DNA of 64,000 nucleotides, from NCBI GenBank assembly GCA_965113315.1, contig OZ220367.1; one strand, given 5' to 3'. Positions 52,950 through 62,480 of this stretch are shown here, piece by piece. This DNA is from Podarcis vaucheri (taxonomy: Eukaryota). A program made the translations under genes and the position numbers. Position 1 is the first letter of the stretch. Every line of letters starts with the position of its first letter. The notes under the pieces are model-generated. The model made no database searches, was not told the DNA's origin, and was given only the letters and a program-made list of their open reading frames with translations.

Positions 52950-55900
52950 ACAGTCCTTTCCAAAGGGATACTGCAGCTTTAATTGCAACAGCTAATTTCA
53001 AAAGTTTGATAGATGTGACAATCACTATTTAAAGAAAATAAAACAATCAAAAGTTGATATTTTGCAGTTAATAATGNNNNNNNNNNNNNNNNNNNNNNNN
53101 NNNNNNNNNNNNNNNNNNNNNNNNNNNNNNNNNNNNNNNNNNNNNNNNNNNNNNNNNNNNNNNNNNNNNNNNNNNNNNNNNNNNNNNNNNNNNNNNNNNN
53201 NNNNNNNNCTTGACCTCATTCAGACCTGAGCGCTCCTAAGAAATGCCGAGCGCGCTTTGGCCTTGATCAACAGAATAACTGGTGCGGCCCCTGCAGGTGT
53301 GTATAGTCTCCCCCCCAACCCCGACTTGCTATGGCTGGTTTTGCAGCTGGTTTATTTGGTACTTCCCCCTTCCCCTCCCTCTCCTCCTGCTTTGTTGCTT
53401 TGTAGCTCTGTGTTGTGATCTAGAAGACACAAGGGAGTGGGACGCTGCCGTGAATGATCATCTCTTTCTGTTTAAAGGATTTCGCTCTCTTCTGCCGCCC
53501 CCCCCCCCTCATTTTTGTTTCCTCCACCCACCTGCACACTGCCGCTAGCTGGAAAATTCCCACTGTAAGACAGCATCAGCCTAGGCTTGCACACACAATC
53601 CCACCCTCCTCTCTGGAAAGTTCCATACCATATATCTATCTATCTATATATATATCTCTATATAGATAGATATATAGATATATAACATTGCTAAACATCC
53701 TTTGATACCACAGTGCAGAGTTCAGCAGAGAAGACGCAGGGCTAAGTGAAGAGAATGCACAGCAGGCTTAGGCATTGTAAGTGTGTGTCGCCTTGTGGAG
53801 ATCCTCTTTCTTTCTTGCCCTTTGGTCTGCGAGATTGCCAAATGAACTGGGAGAAATGTTAGCTGTAGCTAAGATTTCGCATCCAACTGAGCTCTATCCA
53901 CCATTGTGTTGTATTTTTTTGTGTTTACCTTGTGCTAACAGATGCAAATACTCCAAAGAAGTGTCGGGCATTGTTCGGGCTTGACCGACAGAGTTTATGG
54001 TGCAAACCGTGCAGGTATACTACCCATTAGGCCTTTGGGAACTAAAAGCATTCTGTCATCTTAGTATTAAATGTGTGGTTTATTTTTAACCCCTCCCCTT
54101 CCACTTCTCGCCTTCCTTGCTTCTACGACATTGATTGCTAATCAATTTTTGATCTTCAGAATTCTTTGCTAATTCAGTGCAAATTTCTTTTCCCTCTTGA
54201 CCAATAACCTCTCTTTTGGTAGTAGAACTGGGAGTTGGTACACACATCCCCAAGATGCAGAAACTAACATTTTCTTGGTCAAACAAGTGTGTTAAGTGGA
54301 CATCTGTACAAGTGTCTATGTGTATGCTCTCAGTCTCCAAAGGATATTTGCAGCACTGGTATTTTCACTGTGATGAAAGAGGATACAAATTAGAATTTCT
54401 GCTTGGATCTAAGCTAATAATATATTGGGAGTCTATATAACAAATTCTTCTGTATATTTTTGAATCAATCTTGTGTGCTTATGAAAGCTCAACTAAAATT
54501 CATATTAGGCACATTCATAAGGTGCCTGGCAAAAAAATATTTGCAGTAGTCCATTTGTCTCTGGCTTGTTAAGTTGACATTTGCTTGGCAAGTTGTTTTG
54601 GGATTTTAATTAAATTACAGGACATTGTTTTGCATTGTTCAGCTTAATGGCACCGAAGACCAAAACATTTGAAACAACCCATGTTCTACTGCAGGATAAA
54701 TTCAGTATGCACTTGTTTCTTGGTGAAGGGAAGCAAACTATCTCTTGTTGCATTCTTTTTTCCCCTTAATATGGTTAAATATGTTATTTCTCTGTTCTGA
54801 TCCAAGCAGTCTTTGAATTTGGAATATTATGATGGTAGGTATCTCAGTCCAACACACACTCTTTTCTGTATGTAGTGCTCCCCCTCCTCACCTTTCCCTC
54901 TGATTCACACCCATACCATGTGCTTCATTCTGTTTTTTTAGACAATAGAACAGTTATTCATATTATATGCATGCCAATTCTGTTAGTTTTGTGATTCCGA
55001 GCTATACACATGGATTGAAAATGTACTGTACATCTAATTGTTAGATAAAGTTCATGCATTGTCCTTTAAGGACGGCATTCCACCTGAACGCTGTAACTTC
55101 CCATCAGATGCATGCGTAAGCACTGTGATTGCGTGACAGAAGCAGCAAAATAGCACAGGTCATTGTCAATGCAGACTATTGAATACCTTTTGAAAATTAC
55201 ACGTTCAAGAAACATTTGAGCAGCCAGATAATAACTTTAGCTTTGAAAAAATGAGATAACCCATTAAGAGAGCGAAATTCCTCTTAACACTACTAAGCTT
55301 ATCTGGCAATTATTCTAATACATAGAGACATAGGCGGCCATTTTTATATTTGTCAAAACTAGAATGCTGATGGAAGGTAGAAATTCTGCTCTAAGTCCCT
55401 TATCAGTAAAGGGACTATTTTTGAACTGAGATAGAGGCCAGCAATGTTGGCTCCACACGTCTGGTCACTGCAACATAAGCAAAGGCATCCCTAGCCATCT
55501 ATCTTGCAGAATATACAGTAATAAATACTTTGTCAAAGGCGTCGTTTGGGGCACCTCAGGTGCTCACTGCCATATTCACCTGTGACTTGGTTTATGCACG
55601 GGTCTGAAATTCTCTTTGCCCTGGGAGGAAAATGAGATTAAAGTCCATCTTTGTATGTGTCTTGGTTTGGTCGAAGTGGCCAAGGTGCCTAATTGTGCAT
55701 GGGAAGGAGGTTGGGATCAAGGGAGCCTGATAGGATGTCTTATGAGGATCAGATTTGGCTCTAGATGCCTGTCTCCAGCATCTGCCTCTTTTATTACCTT
55801 TTTACTACAGCCAGTATTTTATTGCTTTAAAACTACATTTAACTATTTTCAAGTCATATTTAAAGAGGATCTGCTACATGATCTGTAGTATTTTCAGTCA

Positions 55901-58900
55901 AATGATTGTTGAATTGTGCGTGGGGAGAAACAAACTCTATTCTCTAATACAAAATAGCATTTTCAGCTTAACATAATTTCAGTTTAGTTCTAAAAGCTTT
56001 GCGGTAGGATCTTTAAAATGTCATTCTTGAAGCTACAGAGCATGCATATTAACACTGCAAAAATTTTTTTAAAACAAACTGTTGCAATAAACTTTAACTT
56101 GAAACTCTGTAGGTCATCACTTTCTCTCTTTCTCTCCCTCACTCTTTCTGCTTGACTCCAGTGTTTTGTTTTTCTGGGGATAGATGATACATTGCAGAGT
56201 TCAGTGAAGGAGCAAATACTGGACGTGATTGGGTGAGGGCATCCCACAAACCCAAGATAGTTTTTGATTTCTGATAGCAAACTCTACTGAGAGTAAAATG
56301 AGGACAGTTGGGACAATATTAGTATTAATTAGTACTTAATATTCCAAATATGCATTAGCCTGTGAGAATACGTAAGTATCATGGCCCACACTTCATGTGT
56401 GTATTATACCTAGGTCAGTACTGTCTAGAACATAGAGTTAAATACTTTAAAGGTCAGTTAAATTAGGTATAATGCTTTTAGATAGATATTTGGTTTTCTA
56501 TAGCTGTTACCAGTGCCATCATAACTAGCTGAACAATAAAGTGCTTTTGGGTTTCAATTCCAGTATTTGCTTCATGGTATGTCATCTACACTATATTAAA
56601 GCATATATGTATGAGACATTTACCACTGGGCTCAGGGACACCTTAATTATTCAATTAATTAATCTAAACATGCTTTGGAGCTAAAAAAAAATTGCCCATA
56701 ATCCACTAGGTCTAAAGTGCAAAAAGAGAGAGTGAGAGAGAGAGCTTTGCATGTTCCATGACTTATTAGTGCTGTGTTTATATTTCACAGTTCTGTGGCT
56801 GCTCCGTGTAAGGACAAAAACTTTTGTTGAGTGCTGAATTAAAAAGTTGTAAGATTATTTTTTTAAAAAATCAAGTTCCTGGACCTTATGGTCAGGAAAA
56901 TCACTGCCAACATTTTAAATTCCCAAATGTTGACCAGAGAAGGAAAATACATTTATGGCTTGCATAGCACTTTGTCCCTTGCCATAACTCACAAAATAAA
57001 TTGTTCAGGATAAGGAAATAGGTCTGTATTTATTAGTTGTTATAGAATTCAGCTTTCCTCAGCACTGAATTTTATTTTTTTTATATACTACCCTGGCCTT
57101 AGTACTTGTTTTCTACAAGCCTCATGCTGATGACCTACTGTTTACTCAGCTATAAATCTATACCTGATGCAACACTAAACACACACGTCCTAAGAAACAT
57201 CAGTTTCTCTTGTCCTTTATATAAAACTGATTTGCCTGAACCATACGAGACTGATTCTGATTTTGAAGTGATTTCTGTAAATGAACAGCAGCAAACAGTA
57301 ACAACCGAAACACCACTTTCAGTAATGACGCTACATTTTGCCATCACATGTTCTGGGTTTTCTTGGCCCGATGCTGTAGGGAAATCCTTTAGTTGTAAAG
57401 AAGAGTGGGTGTCAGGGAGGTGGAGGAAACTGAATTTGGGCACTGATCCCAATCCTATTAGGGACAAGACTGGTAATGCAGACATGTATAGTTCTCTTCA
57501 GCACCTCAGAACAAGAACCCATCTTGAAGCTTGTTGGCTTCTTTATGGGCTTACCATTGCAGGCTATGTCTGTAATGACCAAATCCTTGAGCAAGGAGGT
57601 GCATCTGTGAAGTTGAGTTTGGTGGGAAGGGTTAGCATCTAGAGATCCTATCCATTGATCCATGAAGTGTATGCATGCACACACATGCTCCCCTACCCTT
57701 TGTCCTGCATGGCCTGCCAGAGCCTCCCACTGCCTCCCACCAACAGCATGGCGACTGATTCAGAAGGTCCCCATGGCACTGACAGGTAGAGCTCTGTGTG
57801 CTATTTGGAAAACGCTGATCTGTAAGGCAAAATAATAGTACCTTGCATGCCAATGTGGAACATATAATGGGATCTCCTAAATATTAGCACCACTCTGTTA
57901 ATATAATCTTGCTTATTTCCCATGGGTTAGTAAAAAAAATATGCTGCTTTGAACTGTTGATATGGTAACATTGCCTCCTTTCTGCCTGAAGGGACTAATT
58001 AAAGAGTAAGACATAAAGAACATGAAATAGTTCAGGCCAGTGGACTACATCAATTTCTTGCTAATAGATTTCCAGTTTTTATTACTTGAGGTAGGAGGCT
58101 TCTAGCAAGGTTCTGTTTAGAGCCCACCAATTACTCTTTTTTATCTTTTAACTTGCCTTAATAAAGCATGGTTTGCTGTTGCTTGCCATCTTGCACTTTC
58201 TCTTTCCTTTTATTTTCTGCTCTGTGCTTTGTTGCTTTAATTCATAAGGTTTTACATGCATGGCTGTCTTAGTTTCTAGCATGTATTGATCAGCAGGCTA
58301 ATGTGGTTAAAATTCTCCACTGCCCTAACAATTGACTTTGCTGTGTGGAACTTTGGGCAGAAACTTAATCTCATTTTTTTTTGGGGGGGAGGGAAATGTT
58401 CTTAATCTGTTCTGTTCCAGAAACCTTTAGGAATTGACAAGAGCAAGTTGCTTGGGTTTCCTAGCTAATCCTTTGAAAAATGTGACCCATTCTATTTATT
58501 TATTATAAAAATATTTATATACCACTAAATCCTAAGAGCATATCAAAGCAATTTACAACATTAAAATGATTTTTAAAAAACCATACCATAAAAAGTTAAA
58601 AACAATTCAAAGGGAGGAGGGGAATAAGAGCTAAATTTGGAAGCTGCCTTATACAATTTGCTCCATTTTGACCAGTATTGTTTACACTGCCTGGCAGCAG
58701 CTTCCAGACAGAGGTCTCTCCTAGTCCTACCTGGAGATACCAGGGATTGAACCTGGGACCTCATGGAATAAAGTGCAAATGTATCATTAAAGGTGCAGTG
58801 ACAGAGCATCAGTGAAGTGAAATGGAGACTGTGACATGAGACTAATGCTGGGTGGAATGCCCTCTGAAGTGGACATAGTCCACTCACTTGGATTTGAAAG

Positions 58901-60698
58901 TGTTAACTCTCAGATTACAGATGACTGGGTAATAGTGTTACTTTACTGGACTTTTATAATTACACCAGTGGAAAATTGTGCCAGCTGACCTTTATAATTC
59001 TACATATGGGTCAGCTTGGACTCAATCACTTAAGCCCTGACACCTGATGGGGGCGTTGGTCAGTTTCAGCATGGGGTCAACTGGCCACATATGATTACTT
59101 GCGTCTCAGCCTCAGCTGAGAGTCTCATGCTAACAGACATGAACTTCAGTTGAGAAAGGTGCCTTGTATTACTCCAACACGAGTGCTTTGGGCAAAAAAG
59201 AAAAAGATCAAAACATCGTGTTTGCTGTGACCGGTTTTTAGAATCCGTTTGCCCTGTGGGAATCTTCTCCAGAGGACGCATTCATTGTACGCCTAATATT
59301 TTTGTTCTGCCACTAGACGTGTCTTCTGAATATTAGGCAGTAGGTGCAATGCATAGATGTCGTTCTTTATGTAAGTTGGATAAGCCAGGGTGCATTGTGG
59401 CCTGATTTAATAGCATTGAAAATTTTTGTGAAATTCTTAACCGTTTTCTGATTGTTTCTCTTTACAATGATACCTGTTGTTGCTTTGTTTGTGCACTCCA
59501 CGCCTAACCGAGATTTAAGTTTTCTTTTGAAGTTCTTTTAATTTCTATAAATTAAAGTAGAAGCCAAACAATTCCTTCTCCCACCCCACCCTTTATGAAA
59601 TAAAATAAAACAAATGAATGTGTGATAATCCACAACCTGCAGGTTATACAACCAGTTATTCTTGTTAATTTGGACGGTATTTCTGTTCATCTTCCTTTTC
59701 CTTCATTTCCCACTTTTATTCTTCCTGTTACTCTTTCCTCTTTTTTGTGTCTGTGTGACGTTGATTTTTTTTTGTTTGTTCTTGTTTTCACACGGTGTGG
59801 TTCTAAACAGAAACAAGCAGGAGTGGTAGATCCTCGGCTACAGTTGGTCGCAAAGGTGGGGTTTCTTCCAAGGCAGGCAGGGAGATATTCCAGAAGCGAG
59901 ACTCCAGAGTCAGTCTTTCAGAATGCTTGGTGCCAACTGAGAGGAAGTATCTGCCATATTTTGGTTTGTAGGGGAACGAGAATGTAAACAGCTAAGAATG
60001 AATTCACTTGGTGCTAAAAGAACATAAAACCGATGGCTTTTAAAATAAATAAATGGGACAAAGAGCAAATTCCGCTAGTTAGCAGAAAGACGGATTCCTT
60101 AATCGTTGTCCAGAGGTAGCCAGCACCATTATATAATTGGGTATAGCTAAACAGAGCCCGGCATAGTTGGTTGATGGCTCTTTGCTTTAGGGTTATTATT
60201 TTCCCTTCCAAATAGCATCTTTGCCCTTCATTCACAGATTACTCTCTCCCTATTTCTAGGAGAAAAAAAAAGTGCGTTCGCTACATACAAGGTGAAGGCA
60301 GCTGCGTCAGCCCACCCTCTTCAGATGGAAGCCTACTAGACTCTCCACCGTCTTCTCCCAACATGCTAGCCTCCCCCACAAGAGACTCAAAACCACAGAC
60401 TGAACAAACCCAACCTCTCTCGCTCACATTGAAACCCGACCCACTCTCACACCTCTCGATGATGCCGCCCCCGCCGTCCTCCGTAGCCCTGACTGAAAGC
60501 TCCACTAGCAAATCCAGCAGTCTGCCTGCTAGTAATTGTCATAACGGGGCACTGGACCATCAGTCTGCCACTTTACCGCAGTCCGCGCCGTCCTCCTCTT
60601 CGCTAGCGCAACCCTCGACATCCTCCTTGCATTCCCATAATTCTTTGGCTGGGACACAGCCTCAGCCACTGTCACTCGTCACCAAGTCTTTAGAATAG
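28467..60698 (+). CDS. TCF7L2: Transcription factor 7-like 2 (TCF4), partial multi-exon CDS, exons 6-17 (span includes introns)
   Basis: Spliced translation gives [12 protein letters not shown]...LVPQ...SFLSS...HMG box [85 protein letters not shown]...CRARF/CRALF...[10 protein letters not shown]. The exon set 13-16 is diagnostic for TCF7L2 among TCF/LEF genes. Confidence 0.99.
30612..30749. mobile_element. hAT-type MITE, 138 bp
   Basis: Perfect 12-bp TIRs CAGTGCTTTTTT/AAAAAAGCACTG. 8-bp TSD attacaac/cttacaac (7/8). Internal direct repeat aaaatgtttaggggg(g)ta. Confidence 0.85.
32013..32115 (+). CDS. TCF7L2: TCF7L2 exon 7 (103 nt; 91 nt with the alternative donor after 32103 that removes LVPQ)
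   Basis: ccctag|GAATTCCACGG ([35 protein letters not shown]). Donors TG|gttagt and CA|gtaagg are 12 nt apart. Confidence 0.98.
32635..32765 (-). mobile_element. tRNA-Lys-derived SINE with CR1-type 3' tail
   Basis: Minus strand: CAGTCGGTAGAGCCTGAGACTCTTTATCTCAGG..CCCATGTTGGGC (tRNA-Lys-CUU-like head with internal deletion), then CTAGATGACCCTCATGGTCCCTTCCAACTC..TTCTATGAT (CR1 tail). Confidence 0.8.
34811..34897 (+). CDS. TCF7L2: TCF7L2 exon 8 (87 nt) [28 protein letters not shown]
   Basis: tttctag|GCAAGG ... TCAAG|gtgagt; phase 2 to 2. Confidence 0.98.
37418..37465. repeat. (TC)n(AC)n microsatellite
   Basis: Direct reading. Confidence 0.9.
37598..37660 (+). mobile_element. CR1-type 3' tail fragment
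   Basis: tgcactgcaggcgtttggactagatgacccttgtggtctctttcgattctgtaattctgtga resembles the tail of the SINE at 32635-32765. Confidence 0.6.
38631..38685. repeat. Inverted repeat, core of a palindromic interspersed repeat
   Basis: CCCCTAAATCTGCTCTGG ... CCAGAACATATTTAGGGG, 16/18 complementary, 19-nt spacer. Confidence 0.6.
40671..40811 (+). CDS. TCF7L2: TCF7L2 exon 9 (141 nt with SFLSS; 126 nt from the alternative acceptor at 40686)
   Basis: acacag|CTTTCTCTCCTCTAG|GTTCCCT...; [42 protein letters not shown]; TC|gtaagt. Contains the VKQE SUMO consensus (40765-40776). Confidence 0.98.
41334..41705 (+). mobile_element. Full-length Sauria SINE
   Basis: Pol III A box TGGCGCAGTGG 41344-41354 and B box GTTCGAATCC 41400-41409. 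Body motifs agtagataaat.ggtacc and gctggccacatgacc. (ACCTTT)n tail. 15-bp TSD ctaatagcaaagtat at 41315-41329 and 41705-41719. Confidence 0.92.
41800..41975 (+). mobile_element. Old tRNA-head SINE remnant (same family as 58640-58770 on the minus strand)
   Basis: cccaggtccactctctggcgtctccag...agctgctgcca...actgggctag..aaccaatggtc...tataagtcagcttc is the approximate reverse complement of 58640-58770. Confidence 0.55.
42540..42699 (+). CDS. TCF7L2: TCF7L2 exon 10 (160 nt), HMG box N-terminal half
   Basis: catccag|AAAACATCAG: [53 protein letters not shown]; AGG|gtaggt. Confidence 0.99.
44173..44280 (+). CDS. TCF7L2: TCF7L2 exon 11 (108 nt), HMG box C-terminal half
   Basis: ctctgcag|TGG: [36 protein letters not shown]; TAT|gtaggt. 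Confidence 0.99.
47694..47763 (+). mobile_element. Extremely 5'-truncated L2-type 3' tail
   Basis: agccactctgagcccagcttcggctggggagggcgggatataa followed by (TTA)n. Contains the stem-loop CCCAGC-TTCG-GCTGGG. Confidence 0.6.
47850..48370 (+). mobile_element. Heavily decayed CR1 LINE 3' portion
   Basis: gaatactatgtacatttctggtcctctctctcaaa (degenerate EYCVQFWSPHLK), followed by 3'UTR-like motifs (gtcaatggctattaaccatg) shared with 1-302. Confidence 0.5.
48630..48751. mobile_element. Decayed hAT (Charlie-like) MITE
   Basis: Imperfect TIRs cagggatgaagaacctgtggc ... gccacacattccctatccttg. Confidence 0.55.
50750..50840 (-). mobile_element. L2-type 3' tail remnant (related copies ~640-720 and ~58495-58570)
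   Basis: (TTTG)n then aaatttatatacccccc..cagatctcagggtggtttacaa, similar to aaatttgtatactactcttcatccatagatttcagggaggttcataa at 662-708. Confidence 0.5.
51476..51524 (+). CDS. TCF7L2: TCF7L2 exon 12 (49 nt), basic tail/[19 protein letters not shown]
   Basis: cattcag|GGC ... AATG|gtaagt; phase 0 to 1. Confidence 0.99.
52054..52104 (+). CDS. TCF7L2: TCF7L2 cassette exon 13 (51 nt) [17 protein letters not shown]
   Basis: ttttttcag|AACACAGC ... ACAG|gtgcta; frame-preserving. Confidence 0.96.
52917..52947. repeat. (TAT)n microsatellite
   Basis: Direct reading. Confidence 0.9.
53224..53296 (+). CDS. TCF7L2: TCF7L2 exon 14 (73 nt), C-clamp CRARF: [25 protein letters not shown]
   Basis: cattcag|ACCTG ... 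GCAG|gtgtgt; phase 1 to 2. Confidence 0.97.
53942..54014 (+). CDS. TCF7L2: TCF7L2 exon 15 (73 nt), C-clamp CRALF: [25 protein letters not shown]
   Basis: ctaacag|ATGCAA ... GCAG|gtatac. If joined after exon 14 it reads [13 protein letters not shown] (TGA 53982-53984). Confidence 0.97.
54810..54834 (+). CDS. TCF7L2: TCF7L2 exon 16 (25-nt alternative micro-exon, also called 13b)
   Basis: ccaagcag|TCTTTGAATTTGGAATATTATGATG|gtaggt. Size, position and sequence fit the mammalian 25-nt exon as recalled. Confidence 0.85.
58640..58770 (-). mobile_element. Old tRNA-head SINE remnant
   Basis: Minus strand has B-box-like AGGTCCCAGGTTCAATCCCTGG followed by ...GCTGCTGCCAG...GTATAAGGCAGCTTC. Confidence 0.6.
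60260..60698 (+). CDS. TCF7L2: TCF7L2 exon 17 coding part, E frame [33 protein letters not shown]...PLSLT...[10 protein letters not shown]; M frame [26 protein letters not shown] ends at 60339
   Basis: atttctag|GAGAAAAAAAAAGTGC. CtBP-binding motifs at 60414-60428 and 60666-60680. TAG 60696-60698. Confidence 0.98.
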
Positions 60699-62480
60699 CT
60701 TTAGCCTCTTGTAGCCGTTTTTAAATTTTATTTCATTTCTTTTTGTGTCAAGATTTCTCCCCTCCCCCCTTCTTTTTCCGTTTATATATTTTTTAAAAAT
60801 TTGTGCCATATGGCTGGCTACATTAGTTGATGTGTATCGAGTTCATTGGTCAATATTTGACCCATCCTTATTTCATTTTTTTTTTCCTTTTTAAATATGT
60901 AGATGGAGAGAAAAAAAGCCTCATGATTCTGCCAAAATTTTTATCAACAGCTGTTTAAAGTCTTTGTAGCGTTTAAAATATATATATATATATAAATATA
61001 TATATACATAACTGTTATGTAGTTCCAATAGCTTAGTTTCAAAGACTGATTTTAAAAATGAAAAAAAGAAGCAATTTTGAAGCAGCCCTTGCCGAAGGCG
61101 TTGGTTCTTTATTATTTGTATTAAATACGAGCTTGCGAACCAATCATTTTACATCTGGTTTTTAAAACTTTTTAAGGGCACAATGAATGCAGTGCCGCTA
61201 TTTTTTCCCCGTTTTTTTTTCCTTTGTGTGATATAACTTTCCTTGTGATGTTACTTGTTATTGTTTAAATGTACAGAAACAAAGGGTTAAAATGTGTTAA
61301 TATACCTTGTTCCATGGTGTTGTTCTTTTTTGGGGGAGGGAACGCTACTCAACAATTAAAAAGTATCACAACGCTATTGGACCAGTAGTATTTATTGCTT
61401 TAGAGATTGCTTGTTGTATCTGTATGTTTGTCCATTTTTTAAAAGAAATGCTTTCCTTTCTTCTTTTTTTCCTTGAAACATTGTGTAAAGGTCTTCTTTT
61501 TCCCCCTTAGTGTAAGCAACATATATATAACAACTCATTTGTACAAGGTTTTTAAGTTTATATATAAATGTGTATATATATATTTTTGTTGGCTTCTTTT
61601 TTATTTTGTTTTAATTTCTTCCTTTTTTCTGTCACACAGTTGCCACCAAATGGACATTTGCAGATGGATCAATAGTGTAAAAAAAAAAAAAGCTTTAAAA
61701 GCCATTACATGAAATAAGACTTGAAAATTTAGCACGGGACTTTTTATCAGTGCTGTTGGAAAAACAGCAGAGTTTCCCATTCAGAACTGCAGATGACTTC
61801 CCCTGCCACTTGTAGGCTGTGAGCAAAAAATTTTATGTGCCAAAATTCTCAGTGATTTTCTCCTTTCCCAACAATTTTTATGCTGTATTTTTTTTTTGTT
61901 CATCCTGTTTTGCTGTGATGTTACATAGGTAGATATGTATGTAGTTTTTAATGTCACCTATTACAGACGTGTTTGGTAGCAGATTGTCCAGAAAGCATTT
62001 TAAAATGAAGAGGTATAAACCCTAAAGGGCCAAATTCTGTATATTAGATTATTCATAAAATGAAAAATCAGACTGCCACTTTTATGTACACTTATTACAT
62101 ACAGGTAGGTAGCAAACTTTAAAAAAAAAAACCTAGGCATGTTGATGTTGCAAATTTTTTAAAAGAAGATAAATGCTGTATAAAGCTGAAAAAAATGTTC
62201 ATCTGTTCATCCAGTGCCATTGTAGTTGACATGAAGCGATTGTAAAACTGTCTCCAGTTTTCTTCTCTGGTTTATTAAGATGCTAACTATGACATTTTTT
62301 GTGAATCCTTTGAATGTTTCCTAACAGTTGTGATGTTACTGTTCCGTTTTATTGCTCTTATTCCGATTTTTCATTTCTAATGGTTTGGAAGCCATTTTTG
62401 TAATGAATAAATGTCCATGCTGTACAGTATCTGTAGCATGCAGTTCTGGATTAATAAAAGCAACTTAGTACGTGCAGATG
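60699..62480 (+). other. TCF7L2: TCF7L2 3'UTR (end approximate)
   Basis: AU-rich, free of recognisable transposons, ending after tandem AATAAA signals. Confidence 0.8.
62406..62458 (+). terminator. TCF7L2: Tandem polyadenylation signals AATAAA 62406-62411 and 62453-62458
   Basis: Canonical hexamers with upstream TGTA elements. Confidence 0.75.

Noticed and set aside
54740-54809. SRRM4-type UGC enhancer upstream of micro-exon 16
   Set aside because: No TGC in the expected position just upstream of the AG.
57106-57642. 178-aa plus-strand ORF in intron 16
   Set aside because: TTG start, no homology I recognise, no convincing exon boundaries. A TBLASTN or PhyloCSF check could reopen it.
60281-60511. 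76-aa antisense ORF over exon 17
   Set aside because: Shadow of the Ser/Pro-rich sense coding frame.
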